64,000 nt of DNA. Origin: Phoronis australis (Eukaryota > Animalia > Phoronida). The position numbers and the translations under genes were made by a program. Under the pieces are notes generated by a model. It saw only the letters and a program-made list of their open reading frames with translations. It was not told where the DNA came from and did not search any database. The stretch covers positions 16,093-80,092 of the forward strand of contig NMRA01000851.1 of the NCBI GenBank assembly GCA_002633005.1, given 5' to 3'. How positions within the stretch are numbered: the first letter of the stretch is position 1; every line of letters begins with the position of its first letter. This document shows positions 1 to 12,699 of the stretch, piece by piece.

Positions 1-1073
1 GTCCCATAGCTGCTGGAAGTGATTGGTTTTGTCATGGTATGATGTTGAGGGCTTGCAGATTGAATTGGGGCGCGATGACTTACTATAAGGCGTTTACCTG
101 ATAGCTCCTCTGTATTATAAAATTGTCAATCTGGAAAGCTGGTTGTAAACAGTCGCAAACATAAGGAAACTTGACTGTAGATATATCTAACATCAAACCT
201 CATCATAACGTGTATGCTGACCTATTTTACTAGCGGAGCTCCAGATTTTAAGCCAAAAATATCAGACCCCTTGAACAATTCGAGGTACGAGAAAGTCACG
301 TCGCAGTCACCCAGTCTATTTAAGCCTACCTTTAACTCAAACCCCATCTGCACGACCAGAAGCCGGATTTGTAATTTTGTATGCTAGATGTATTTTACAT
401 TTTTTCCGTCTCACATATATAACTTGCATTTCGCTCAAATCCAACGTGGATCTGAATTTACTCAACGATGAAAATGATTCAAGAGGACATGCTTGTCATG
501 ATAGTATGCACTAATAAATGGTACAATCGCCCACTGTCAGTGCCAATTCATTTATCTTGCCCTTCTAATTAATTGCATAATTGCAACAGAAAACGTTCCA
601 CCGACATGGGCGTGGTTTATTAGGAATGGTGGGCTCACGTTGGTTTTTGATATTAATGAACGTCACCAATGCGACGTTTGACCAGGCAAGTCTTTACGGT
701 GGACTATTAAGAGATTTTCAGCAAATTACTGCATGTTGAAATGTCCCATTAATTCGTAATGTGATCGTATTTTTCAGTAAAGCTTAAGCAAGATGAAAAA
801 ACAACGAAATAATTTGGCTTTCAATGTAAATGTTCAAGGTAAAATATAAAGAACTTTGTTAAAATTTCGCAAATTGTATATTTCACGTTTCCATGTAATA
901 AAATAACCATATAGAGGATCACCGACTGACATCCAAGCCTGTTTTATTCATGGTGGGTTTACCGAGTAACCGAATGTAGCTAATGAGCCTAGTGAGTGTT
1001 TAAGAGTTCACTGCAAGTTGAAACTGCAAATAGCGGAGTAAAAGGCAAAAAAATCGTCAAATCTTCGAGTGAA

Positions 1074-1203
1074 TAGGTGTTTTTGAAGTGAGTTGTTTCC
1101 CTGCAGTTCTAATTCTGCAGACATATTACTTAGTGGACTAGGTGTTTATGAAGTGACTTGTTTCCTTGCAGTTGTATTTCTGCAGACATATTACTTAGTG
1201 GAA
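1074..1203. repeat. Two-copy tandem repeat, ~65-bp unit
   Basis: taggtgtt(t/a)tgaagtga..ttgtttcc.tgcagtt.ta.ttctgcagacatattacttagtgga starts at 1074 and again at 1139. Confidence 0.85.
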
Positions 1204-1372
1204 TCGTCATGCCAACGCTTGGGGATGAATGTTTGGTGTGCAGTTTCAGTATTATGTGTGGAAAACGAAATACATGACTGAGTTTCAACCTGCTCGGTTA
1301 CACTGCAGATTCAGTGCTGGGTTATTGGCTACTATTTCCCAGAAAGTACCAAATCAGCAATTTTGCGAACAC

Positions 1373-4300
1373 TTTTTTTTCAGATTAAGTATTTTTATTT
1401 TCTCTAGCATGGGCATTTACAATTTACACGACACAATAAACAATACAGTATACAAGTACATTAGTTGCAACAAATTATCGTCAAGTATCACAATTTGGTA
1501 TACAGAACAGAAATACAGATATGTAAGAAAAAAAATCAAGCCATTCTCACCCTTAACATTACACGTTACACGCAACCGCCCCCCAACTTACTCTTAGTAG
1601 GATGTTGTCAGGCAAAAGTTATGGTTAACCAGTTTCTCCAGGTTGCATGGTATTCATCTAAATTACCATTATTTAATAAAATCCTTCTTTGAATATAAAA
1701 TTCTCTTTCTATTATCTTAAGGAACTGACAGAAACTGGGGATTATTTTTTTACACCTGGATAGGTAAATAAAGTGTTTTAATTGCAAAAGTATCCAATTT
1801 AAAACTTTATTTTCATTACCTATGGGCATTCCAAAAAGCATTGTTTTTTGTCAATAACCATATTTATACCTTTTACCAACAACACCCAAATGCGTAATTC
1901 TCCTATCAATGTTTTTATATTATTGCATTCGAAAAAGATGTGATCCACAGTTTCACTTTGTGAATGACAGAAAGTACATACATCAGAGTCCACCAGGTTA
2001 ATTTTTCTAAGAAAAGAGTTGGTTACAAGTATTCTATGTAATAGTTTAAACTGCAGTGTACATAACTTCAAATCATAAGTAGTTTTAAAAGACATTGAAT
2101 ATAATTTTTTCCAGTCATCACTTCGTAAGGTATAACCTTCTTTTTGAAATTTTTTTTTGGGCAATACGCAAAATGTTGTTGTGGCAGACACTTTCATATA
2201 TCATTTTACATATTGATGTGCAGTTTAAAAAATTACGGATATTAAAAGGTATTATTGGTCCATATATCTTAATTAACTGCATTTGTAATGGTGTTCTCCT
2301 CAGAAACGACCTAATAGACTCAATCAGAGAACAATATTCAAAAAAGTTTGTAGATATGTTCGAGATCTTTTTGAATTCAGTAAATGAGTAAAAACTGTTA
2401 TTTTCATCAAGTAGGTCATTAATAAAAAGAACACCACCACTTGCATACTTGCTAAAGAAGATAGATTTTCTGTCTATTAGTATTTCATCGTTATGCCATA
2501 GACTTGTTGAGAATAAATCGTTCGCATCTTTATGGGGCTGTTTACTAATGAAAAAAGACCAGTTACTTAGAACTTCGTTCCAAAAAGGATTGATTACTTC
2601 AGTATGGTATTTAATAAAAACATTTCCAAAATTTTTAATATTTGACTTTGCAATCCCTGTTTCAAGTTCAAACATTTCACCCATTTTGATTCAGAATTAA
2701 GTAATCTCTTTATCCATGAATTTTTTATACCCTTGTTAAATAGAATAATATTTAACATTTTAACTCCCCCTTCCTCATAAGTTTTGATTAACACATCTCT
2801 CTTCACTCTCTCAACTTTGTTATTCCAAATAAACTTAAAAATGCTTGCATTCAATTCATTCATAATAATGTCTGATGGAGTAGGCAGGGTTGTCATAATG
2901 TGAATAATTTTTGGCACCATCAAGGTCTTCACCACCGTAACTTTCCCAAAAAAGGAGATTTTTCTTCTAGACCAAATTTTGATAAGATTATTGATTTCAT
3001 CAATCNNNNNNNNNNNNNNNNNNNNNNNNNNNNNNNNNNNNNNNNNNNNNNNNNNNNNNNNNNNNNNNNNNNNNNNNNNNNNNNNNNNNNNNNNNNNNNN
3101 NNNNNNNNNNNNNNNNNNNNNNNNNNNNNNNNNNNNNNNNNNNNNNNNNNNNNNNNNNNNNNNNNNNNNNNNNNNNNNNNNNNNNNNNNNNNNNNNNNNN
3201 NNNNNNNNNNNNNNNNNNNNNNNNNNNNNNNNNNNNNNNNNNNNNNNNNNNNNNNNNNNNNNNNNNNNNNNNNNNNNNNNNNNNNNNNNNNNNNNNNNNN
3301 NNNNNNNNNNNNNNNNNNNNNNNNNNNNNNNNNNNNNNNNNNNNNNNNNNNNNNNNNNNNNNNNNNNNNNNNNNNNNNNNNNNNNNNNNNNNNNNNNNNN
3401 NNNNNNNNNNNNNNNNNNNNNNNNNNNNNNNNNNNNNNNNNNNNNNNNNNNNNNNNNNNNNNNNNNNNNNNNNNNNNNNNNNNNNNNNNNNNNNNNNNNN
3501 NNNNNNNNNNNNNNNNNNNNNNNNNNNNNNNNNNNNNNNNNNNNNNNNNNNNNNNNNNNNNNNNNNNNNNNNNNNNNNNNNNNNNNNNNNNNNNNNNNNN
3601 NNNNNNNNNNNNNNNNNNNNNNNNNNNNNNNNNNNNNNNNNNNNNNNNNNNNNNNNNNNNNNNNNNNNNNNNNNNNNNNNNNNNNNNNNNNNNNNNNNNN
3701 NNNNNNNNNNNNNNNNNNNNNNNNNNNNNNNNNNNNNNNNNNNNNNNNNNNNNNNNNNNNNNNNNNNNNNNNNNNNNNNNNNNNNNNNNNNNNNNNNNNN
3801 NNNNNNNNNNNNNNNNNNNNNNNNNNNNNNNNNNNNNNNNNNNNNNNNNNNNNNNNNNNNNNNNNNNNNNNNNNNNNNNNNNNNNNNNNNNNNNNNNNNN
3901 NNNNNNNNNNNNNNNNNNNNNNNNNNNNNNNNNNNNNNNNNNNNNNNNNNNNNNCATTAACAGCACATCCAAAAATAGTTGATCATTTATAACAAACTGA
4001 ATCACACTGTTCGAAATATTTTGAAGTTTGTCTAAATGGTATACCGGGACGGCATATTGCTTTTTAACATCAGTTATTGTATCTTGAACGATGTCTACAT
4101 ATTCCCTGTCATTCAAAAGTGAATTTTTAAATTTCCAGAGTCCTTTACCTCTAATAATTTCTCTAAATTTTAGGCTTAACAAGACCCCAGAATGATCTGA
4201 TCTATAACTTGGAGCTATTAATAGAATTTTTTCGAAAGAATGCATCAAAGTTTTGGAAACCAAAAAAAGTCAAGCCTAGCCTGCTTAATTGGATTTTTTC

Positions 4301-4791
4301 TTCGCCAAGTGAATCCTCTCTTTGACGGAAAAAGTTCTCGAAAGGGACCACAGACATCAAACGTATTAATTATTCCCTTAAGAAATTTTGTAGCGTTTGG
4401 ATTATTGCAAGATCTATAATTGCAAGTATCCAGTTCTTGACTGAGAAATAAATTAAAATCTCCACATACATGTAAAATAAACTTATCGGCATTCATTTCT
4501 TCAATTATTGAAAATATATTACTATAAAAATTCGGATTATCAGTATTTGGACCGTACAAATTTACAAGGATGATCCTCTCTCCATCCATAATTAGTTCTA
4601 TAATAACATAATTTCCCGTAGGATCCTTTCTCACACTTTGAACAGTGAACTCAAAGTTATTATTAAATAGAATAGCTACTCCTCTTGAATTAGTCTTGTA
4701 AGAGCTGAAATGACAAGTATAACCCCACTGAGATTCAATGTACGGCTCCAAATCACAAGCAAAGTGAGTGTCTTGTAGACAATATATGCTA
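1373..4791 (-). mobile_element. 5'-truncated L1/Tx1-clade LINE (ORF2: APE endonuclease, RT core in the gap, C-terminal Zn finger), frameshifted
   Basis: APE motifs IYCLQDTHF, SRGVAILF, NLYGPN, CGDFN, ARLDFF, SDHS. Post-RT motifs KFIWNNK..KRDVL..EEGG and CTFC..ETVDHIFFEC. AATAAA plus poly-A at 1373-1400. TSD aattttgcgaac(a/t)ctt at 1359-1374 and 4792-4807. Confidence 0.93.
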
Positions 4792-5164
4792 AATTTTGCG
4801 AACTCTTAATCATAGACTGTGACAATTAATGTCGATAGTTCGTAGTAACTGCACAAGCCAGAAAGACACTAATTAAGCAACATGTTATATCATCTAAAAT
4901 TACCTGGAATAGAATTTTCGTCCATTATATGGCTATTATTATTAGAAAAGCACGCAGAAAAACGAACACGTGAAAATCACACGGCAATATAGCATACGGC
5001 AATTCACTAATTAATCGAAACTATGTTTTTGTTACACTTGACATTACAAATCTTGTTTAAATTGGCTTGATGTGTAAAAATTATATAAAATAAGGAATGA
5101 AAACGTTACTCATCTTGCAAGAAACCTTCATGTCGTGATGTACAAGTTTTTTTGGAAGATTTTC

Positions 5165-6310
5165 TACTTACTTACTTGTAAACACCGGTTTCGTTGCTGC
5201 TGACCGTCGCTCGTCTTCAGCTGGTTAGGAATCGTCATTGGTCGTTTTGACCCTGATCCAGTACAACTTATAAAACCCGGGCACCTGAGGTGGATTCGCA
5301 CCTCAGATCTTGCAATGGTCGTGTTGCAAAGATGCTTCTTCTCTGCAGGCAGGTGTAAGCTAAACCTGCTTCCATTGCTGCTGAAACAGCACTTTCCTTG
5401 AAGTCACAGTAAGTCCCAAAATATTCGCCAACCTCCAAAGGGATCCTGTGACACTTCCACCCATTTTCTGTACAGCCATGTATCATAACTTGATACTTCA
5501 GTGTCTTCCTCTCGTTAGCTTCATTGACCTGTGTTTCCAATGGCACTATTATGGCCAATTCCTTTAGGCTTTGCGACCATAAGACTATATTAGGCCCCAT
5601 TGCTGTCACTGCTATGCGTCTTGGGAAAACTGCTCGACTTCCCAGAACTACTGTACAATCATCTTCATGTCACTCGACTTGTGGAATAAAACCTGGTGGT
5701 GATTTTCTCTTTCACTGCTCTGCTCTCCTATCATATCCAGGATATATGACAGGGCTTTCAGCACTTGGTTATGCCACCACGTGTACTTTCCCTCTGCTAT
5801 TGCTGCTTTACACGCTGATAGTATGAGCTGTAGAGTACCCTCTTTCCCCCACCTATCACATCTGTCGTCTTTAGCTTTCCACCACAGACTCAAGTTCTTC
5901 GGCGTGGGAAGTTGATCGTACACTGCTCTAAGCATAAACCTGTGTTTCTGACTTTGTGATGACAACTGATCCTATGAAGTGACCTTGCTTCTCAAACAGC
6001 CATCCTACGTCGTCCATTCGCCCTGCTTCATTAAGCCCACCGCTATTACACCTCTCTTCTCTTCCCGAGCATTGCGTATCTACTGAAGCACCATATGTCT
6101 TCGTTCCTTCCCTTTTGTTGTCTTCCATCAGATCTCTTAGTTGGTATGAATCCTAGCCCCTGTCTACCCACGCACACTGTTCCGACTATATCCTTGTGCC
6201 GCGATCTGCTCTCTGCCTCCTCCACAGCCGCTGCTGCTTCCCACTTTGTACCTGCCATGATTCCTACTCTGGCACTTCTCATCAAGCTGTCCTTAATGAA
6301 TTTCATGAGA
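5165..6310 (-). mobile_element. Degraded 3' fragment of a HERO-clade non-LTR retrotransposon (Zn knuckle + restriction-like endonuclease)
   Basis: GTKWEAAAAVEEAESR..HKDIVG.V..GRQGLG; RFMLRAVYDQLPTPKNL..W; ILSAC..YTWWHNQVL; PNIVLWS..VPLE..EANERK..KY..PLEVG. Short (GTAA)n tail at 5165-5180. Confidence 0.85.
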
Positions 6311-8862
6311 TTGGAATATTTTTCTTAACGTTTGAAAGCTGACCAAAAAGTACACGCTCTCTTGCTCATCAAGTCCGACTATGATACAGTCCCAAAATGC
6401 ATTCCTGTTGGGAATGGCTCGATGACCTCGGGTAGGTTAAAGGTTGCTGAATGCAAAACAGTGATGGCTGAGTTCAAAAGCACACCATAGTCCAAATCGG
6501 CTGAAAGTAGCCCCATTTCTAAAGCACGTTATCGATTTATTTTTTTACGCCCAAGTCTGACTGAATCTACTTCTGGCTAGGTTTTCATTTACACGTTTGT
6601 ACATTTCTAACGGAAAATGTTCAATTCGTGTCTTATTGTTCTGTGGGTGAAAGCCGTTCGGCTCAAAGATCGACGTATGGTCAACATGAACCCCAACATT
6701 TTGCTTAAAACCTTTCAATGCTCAGAGACTGTACGTAGGATTTATGTATACTAAGTGTTAAGCACAATGTGTCTCAGGGTGATTATTTACTAAATGGCGA
6801 CGGTGTATTCACAGTTTACTAAGTGACTGAGTAGTGCAAGCGCAATTACATGTAATTAAACGCTACCTGTTTTTGGTGGGAAGAAAACGTAGGCTGCTGC
6901 ATTCCTCTGAAAATCTTCATCAGGACTTCTTATTTACTGATCCAACAATTCCCCAAAATTTCTTACCCAGGCTTCTTTGGAATTCTGGGCCAACTGCACT
7001 CTTGGGCCCAAACTACAGTGCATTTTGTTGGAGCTGATGGCCATGTGTACGTTGACTTACTGAAATGACTTTACCTACATGTACTTCTTAACTTACATTA
7101 ATCCTATGTCTTAATAAACACACGGTTATTTACAATAATTCTAATTTCAAGGTATTTCACTGACTCGATGATTTTTTCAAATTAAACATAAAGAATGGGA
7201 AGATTAACTTTCTAATGCTAAATTTTGATATCTTTTGAACCTGAAGCACATTTTTGTTACTGTAACATGAATCGGCACGTGCAATTAAGTATGAGTGAAA
7301 ACTCACGTCCACCTTGCATTGCGAAATCTCCATTATTTGCAGTATAACGCATGTACATGTAGACAATCCTAAACGAGTCTCAGGTTGGTGACATGGCATA
7401 GCCTATTAGAAATTTCGTAAAAATCCCGAGGCTTGTAGAGGGATGTGACAAAATTTTAAAAGGCTTTGACCATGTCATAAATCTGAGACAAGTGTACGAT
7501 TTGTTTTCTCAGATGAATCGTAAAAACGATCTTTTTTGTTGAAAAACTCGACGGGTCTAAAACTTTCAACCACCCGAAGCAAATTTTGTAAAAACACGCC
7601 TGCGGAATGTAAAGTAATTCAGTTACTTTTTGTTTATAGGTTTATTTTAAGCTTAGCAAATGTTAATTGCGTTCAGCTTTCGTAGCAAACATTCAAGATG
7701 AAAGCAAATATATAATCTTAGAAGTTTTTATATTAAAACTTAAAAAATGTCTATAAACAATAGTCACCAAGGCTTCCGCGCGCGTGATCACTGAATTGAC
7801 CTTGAGACAGCCTAGCTCGACAGTCTCGACGCGTTTCTTGAGTTGGAGTCCGTCTCCGTTTGAATGAACGTGGATATGGAATTCGCCGCCGAAAGTGGTT
7901 CCGTTTAAGTAGTTGTTTGCTTGTCCTTCCGACTGGGAGTACGTAGATTAGCGGCATCCGGTTTGTCAATCATAACCTTGTCACCTTAGAATCCCAGCAT
8001 TGTTTGACGATGATTTGCGCGCGTTTGATTGTTCTAGTGTTTTGCAGACAATAAAATGAAAGGCACATGGATTTCTACTTTGCACTATTTTGTGATTTGC
8101 CCATGAAATATCAAAACATTACGTACTCGGTGTTATTAACCAGTCGTGTCGTAACAAATTCCAGGTCATGTGAGAAAATCTAATGAAATGTACATTATTT
8201 TAAATACGTTTGTAAGTGCACGGTAAAATATGACGTTATCAACGTTTTAAAGCGCAATTATAAAAACTACTTTAGATTAATGATCGAGTTCTAAATGTGT
8301 TACAAAACTAATTGATCATATGATGTGGACCAAAAAGTTTTCGGTAATGGGATTTCGTTTTGGTTTGAAGTTGACTTTTTCATAAAAATCGTGAGAATCC
8401 TACAACTTCCTGTATTTTATTAGCTTGCAAGTGTAAAATTTGGAAACAATTCCAAAATCAGTTAGCAAAATTGTGCATAAAAATTGCATCTTCACGTTTG
8501 GGATCAATCCATACAGATAACCTGTACTAAGTTCTGAAGTGTTCCAAATTTGATTTTTTTTTCTACAAATTTTGATTAAAATGTTAACATTGAAACGATC
8601 GTGTTATTGAAAGGTCGGATATTATTCTAACTGAAACACACGAAAACGAAAGAGAAAATGAAGACATCAGGTTATTCGTTCACAGCATTATATTATGGTG
8701 CGAATGTCTATGAAGCACGTGAGCCCACGTCACAGCAATTTACTGAATTAAAATGTGCTCGAGTCCGCCTTTTCTAATTGGTCATTGTAAGTTTTACTCA
8801 GCTTTTGAGCATCTTATGTTAATGTAGCACACCGACTGACAGCGGATGAAGTTCTTATTTAG

Positions 8863-9044
8863 TTATTTTCTTGAGCTCTTCTCTAATACAACTGCAGTCG
8901 ACTTTATCTCATCCGCAACATACCCGGCGCCCTCAAGCTTGCGACGAACGACTATAGCCGCTATGGCGAAAAGAACGATGAGGGCTAAAGCAACCACGAA
9001 TCCAATGGCAATGTGTGTTGAAGACGAGACGCCTATACTTATTT
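8863..9044 (-). CDS. Terminal coding exon of mosaic receptor: transmembrane helix and short cytoplasmic tail
   Basis: Acceptor ttgcag, phase 1. Translates ISIGVSSSTH-IAIGFVVALALIVLFAIAAIVV-RRKLEGAGYVADEIKSTAVVLEKSSRK-stop: a hydrophobic helix followed by a basic stop-transfer motif. Confidence 0.85.
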
Positions 9045-9947
9045 CTGCAAGGTTATGCAGTAAGCTTAGATATAATTAGGCAGCTCTTTCAAAAGTTGCA
9101 AAACAGTTCCTTGAACGTTTGGATACTGTGATACCACCAATTATCGGCATTATGGAATGATGTACATGTAACAGCGTGTACAGCCCAGGTGGTTCGCTCT
9201 TTATCAGTGGCAGGAGGAGAAGCAGAGTGATAGGATCAAGTACATGTACATGTAGCATAGCGTTACACATTAATTATCAGAACGACGTAACACTAGAGCA
9301 TTCCGATGATTGGTTGGAGTCTCACGATAACACATTCCAATTGGCCAATGTTGAGATACATGCACGTGTAATGCATAGGTGCAGATAGGCCAGGGCTGCG
9401 GCTAATTTGCACGGTCAAGATATTAAAATCTAGGGGTAAGCCAGGCTTGGAGACAGTTTTTAGTTACGTGTTGCATATAGGCTTAGCGAAAGTGGATTAT
9501 TTGTACATGTAATTGTCAACATGTTGAGAATGAGAAAATACCACTTGCTTTTCTGCCGCTATGCTCTTCCTCAAGAAGGTGGCACCGTGTTACAGTTTAC
9601 ATTTGTGTCCTGCTGGTTAGCGACTGAGGAATTGCCTGCGATCTCAGGTAACCAAGCCAGTTTTGCAAAAAAACTTGTTACTTGATGGTACTTTTAGACC
9701 ACATTTTAGAATCTGGAGGAAGTTTGCCTTCAGAATATAATCATGGCTTACTTCAAGCATCGGCAAGGAAGTGGGGGTGGGGGTGAAAAGTACCAATTTT
9801 GTGACTTTTTGCTCATTTTTTCTTTGCCTACTTTACTTTTCACTAGGAGTAAAAGGGTCAAAAATACAACACACGATAACTTCTTTGTCCTCATTTGTCA
9901 GGTTTTGAATGTGGAAAGAGTCAAAACAAGTCATTATTTGCATAAGG

Positions 9948-11636
9948 TTTTCGAAAGAATGAAGAAAAAGTGACAAATCCAACGGTGCATGTTTTGCTAG
10001 GCGAAACCTAGTGAGAACTGTTTATTCTTGTTTTGGCTTGCTATTGCCGCTCACAACACGTCAGACACAATAGTCGTTTTTTACACATCCATGATTTCAA
10101 GGTAAGAAAACAATTCTCACTTTCCGACTTATTTCTGCACCATATGTAGGGTGCTACGACACAGAAATAACGCAAATAGGATCTTTTATAATAGACAAAA
10201 CTGAAACAAAACGTGTTTTAACTGTCATTTTATTTTAAAACTTTACTTTGAATTGTAATTATAGAAGAAAATGAAAAAACCTCCGAGAAACACGATGTCG
10301 CACAAGCAGTTGCAATCAGTATCCCTGCTGCACACCCAAAAGGACAGGAGCATTGATTTGTACATGTACATGTACTGACAAACCTCAAAGAAAGACAACT
10401 GCGTTCGTTAACTGATGAAACTCATGCACGAGTTTTGTTTCTACGTACAGTTGGTGCTTCAATAATGTCTTCACGTAACCATGTAAAATCACGAGAGAAT
10501 ATTAGACACATTTGGACGTAAGTACTCAATTACTTGTTCCAAATAACCAACAATCGAACCGCCCGAACAACTTTTTAACGGTCAAAACTATTGTCGATTT
10601 TGAATTTCGAATAATTATTATAAACAGCTTATTATTTAAAATGACTTATTCTTATTAAAATGACGTAAGCAAAAAATTGAATTTCGTACCTCAAAAGCGA
10701 GGACCCCTATATTAATATAGGGGGCCTCGCTGAACGGAGGCCGGAGAGCGGGGCCTCCTATATTAATATAGGCGACCCCGCCGAAAGGAGGCCGGAGAGC
10801 GGGGCCCCCTATATTAATATAGGGGNNNNNNNNNNNNNNNNNNNNNNNNNNNNNNNNNNNNNNNNNNNNNNNNNNNNNNNNNNNNNNNNNNNNNNNNNNN
10901 NNNNNNNNNNNNNNNNNNNNNNNNNNNNNNNNNNNNNNNNNNNNNNNNNNNNNNNNNNNNNNNNNTTTCGAAAGAATGAAGAAAAAGTGACAAATCCAAC
11001 GGTGCATGTTTTGCTAGGCGAAACCTAGTGAGAACTGTTTATTCTTGTTTTGGCTTGCTATTGCCGCTCACAACACGACAGACACAATAGTCGTTTTTTA
11101 CACATCCATGATTTCACGGTAAGAAAACAATTCTCACTTTCCGACTTATTTCTGCACCATATGTAGGGTGCTACGACACAGAAATAACGCAAATAGGATC
11201 TTTTATAATAGACAAAACTGAAACAAAACGTGTTTTAACTGCCGTTTTATTTTAAAACTTTACTTTGAATTGTAATTATAGAAGAAAATGAAAAAAACTC
11301 TGAGAAACACGATGTCGCACAAGCAGTTGCAATCAGTATCCCTGCTGCACACCCAAAAGGACTGGAGCATTGATTTGTACATGTACATGTACTGACAAAC
11401 CTCAAAGAAAGACAACTGCGTTCGTTAACTGATGAAACTCATGCACGAGTTTTGTTTCTACGTACAGTTGGTGCTTCAATAATGTCTTCACGTAACCATG
11501 TAAAATCAAGAGAGAATATTAGACACATTTGGACGTAAGTACTCAATTACTTGTTCCAAATAACCAACGATCGAACCGCCCGAACAACTTTTTAACGGTC
11601 AAAACTATTGTCGATTTTGAATTTCGAATAATTATA
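9948..11636 (+). repeat. Near-identical ~670-bp direct duplication (9948-10618 and 10966-11636) flanking an N gap
   Basis: The two segments differ by only a few substitutions, and the second starts immediately after the gap. Confidence 0.9.
10697..10825. repeat. GC-rich minisatellite (~51-bp unit) with palindromic core CCTATATTAATATAGG
   Basis: About 2.5 units are visible before the gap. Each has the palindrome inside GC-rich inverted arms, followed by ggaggccggaga. Confidence 0.85.
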
Positions 11637-12221
11637 GCGCTTTACCCAAAAATGGCAAACTAATTCTTGCCTACCTCAGTCAAACGCAAAAAATACATGT
11701 GCACTGATGCGTCCTCAAACTTGTTTGAAAACGAAAACCAATGAATTCCATAATCAAAATCGCAAACCCTTGAAAATGCACTGCAGCATACATGTAGATT
11801 CCTTAAAACACTACATTTACACTACACTTGTTCATGTATGAACTGGTGAAAACACAACTTAACGATCGTACACGTAATGCCAGATACTGGTGAGGACGGA
11901 AGCGACTTGAAAACGCAAAAATACATGCCCTGTTGGTCATATCAACGTACATGTATTTGTGTCACAGGAAAAACTTTTGAAAACGACACGATTGGGGTGC
12001 ACGGTCTACCTTTTAAAAACGCAACCAGACGTTGTTTAAAGGTAACAGACCACCCTACTACCAGTAGTTCACGACTGGTCGCCAACTCGTTTCGGACCGT
12101 TCGACCAATGAATCGTGACCTGTACTGTAAATCAAGACTAAGCATAGATTAGTTCCAACGTCGTACCTTTTTAACAATGATCACGCTATAACGGATGATT
12201 GTCAGACTGTTACATACTTAC

Positions 12222-12293
12222 CGATGGATGTCCCGTTTGGCAAGTTCGCGTCAGCTGAATACCACTCATCGACAGTATCATTTTCGCTGTAGT
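12222..12293 (-). CDS. Stalk exon of mosaic receptor
   Basis: tttcag acceptor, gtaagt donor, 72 nt, phase 1-1. YSENDTVDEWYSADANLPNGTSI, with two N-glycosylation sequons. Confidence 0.75.
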
Positions 12294-12506
12294 CTGAAAG
12301 AAATAAAAAACAGATTAGCACTGGACTACTGTACCTGTCTACATTGACCAAATCGAATATAATAAAAATGCCAAAATTAAAAACACATGTTATAGTTATA
12401 ATAAGGTCAGCTTTAAATAACTAAGCATTTCAAAAACGTCACCTGGCTACGGATCAGTTCAATATTAATCGGCCACACACCGTCTGGTTGTCTTAGCTGT
12501 TGCGAC

Positions 12507-12557
12507 CAAACGATGCGTCAGAATCCAGCGAGATGTTGACGACTACTTCTCGTTCTC
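12507..12557 (-). CDS. Candidate stalk exon with weak donor (or alternative stop-containing exon)
   Basis: Strong acceptor attttcattgctag, phase 1. EREVVVNISLDSDASF, then a weak in-phase donor gtcgca. Read-through gives GRNS-stop. Confidence 0.45.
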
Positions 12558-12630
12558 CTAGCAATGAAAATATAACTACGTACAGAGCAAACGCAGTCCT
12601 TGGAACTGGATCGGTTTTCCCAGCACTCAC

Positions 12631-12699
12631 CATTAACAACGACTTTCGCGTTTTGTCTGGTGTTGTCCTTGAGTGTTAATTCCTCCAAAGCCTCAGGGT
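12631..12699 (-). CDS. Stalk exon of mosaic receptor
   Basis: ttcttattcag acceptor, gtgagt donor, 69 nt, phase 1-1. PEALEELTLKDNTRQNAKVVVN. Confidence 0.72.

Larger units (their letters stand above)
9647..11675. mobile_element. Probable non-autonomous PIF/Harbinger-like element (contains the duplicated segment and gap)
   Basis: Imperfect TIRs ggtaaccaag..agttttgc / gcaaact..cttgcctacc, with TCA on both flanks (9644-46, 11676-78). Confidence 0.45.

Noticed and set aside
2900-3992. Long ORFs in the track spanning N runs (also 10636-11007, 48136-48596)
   Set aside because: Artefacts of translating gaps.
5180-5260. Hammerhead-like CTGAAGA...CGAAAC on the minus strand in the HERO 3' UTR
   Set aside because: No closing pair for stem II and no convincing stems I and III around a UH site.
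8846-9079. Plus-strand 77-aa ORF
   Set aside because: Antisense shadow of the transmembrane exon.
10412-10440. CTGATGA followed by hairpin aaactc/gagttt (also at 11429)
   Set aside because: No GAAA after the stem, so it is not a hammerhead core.
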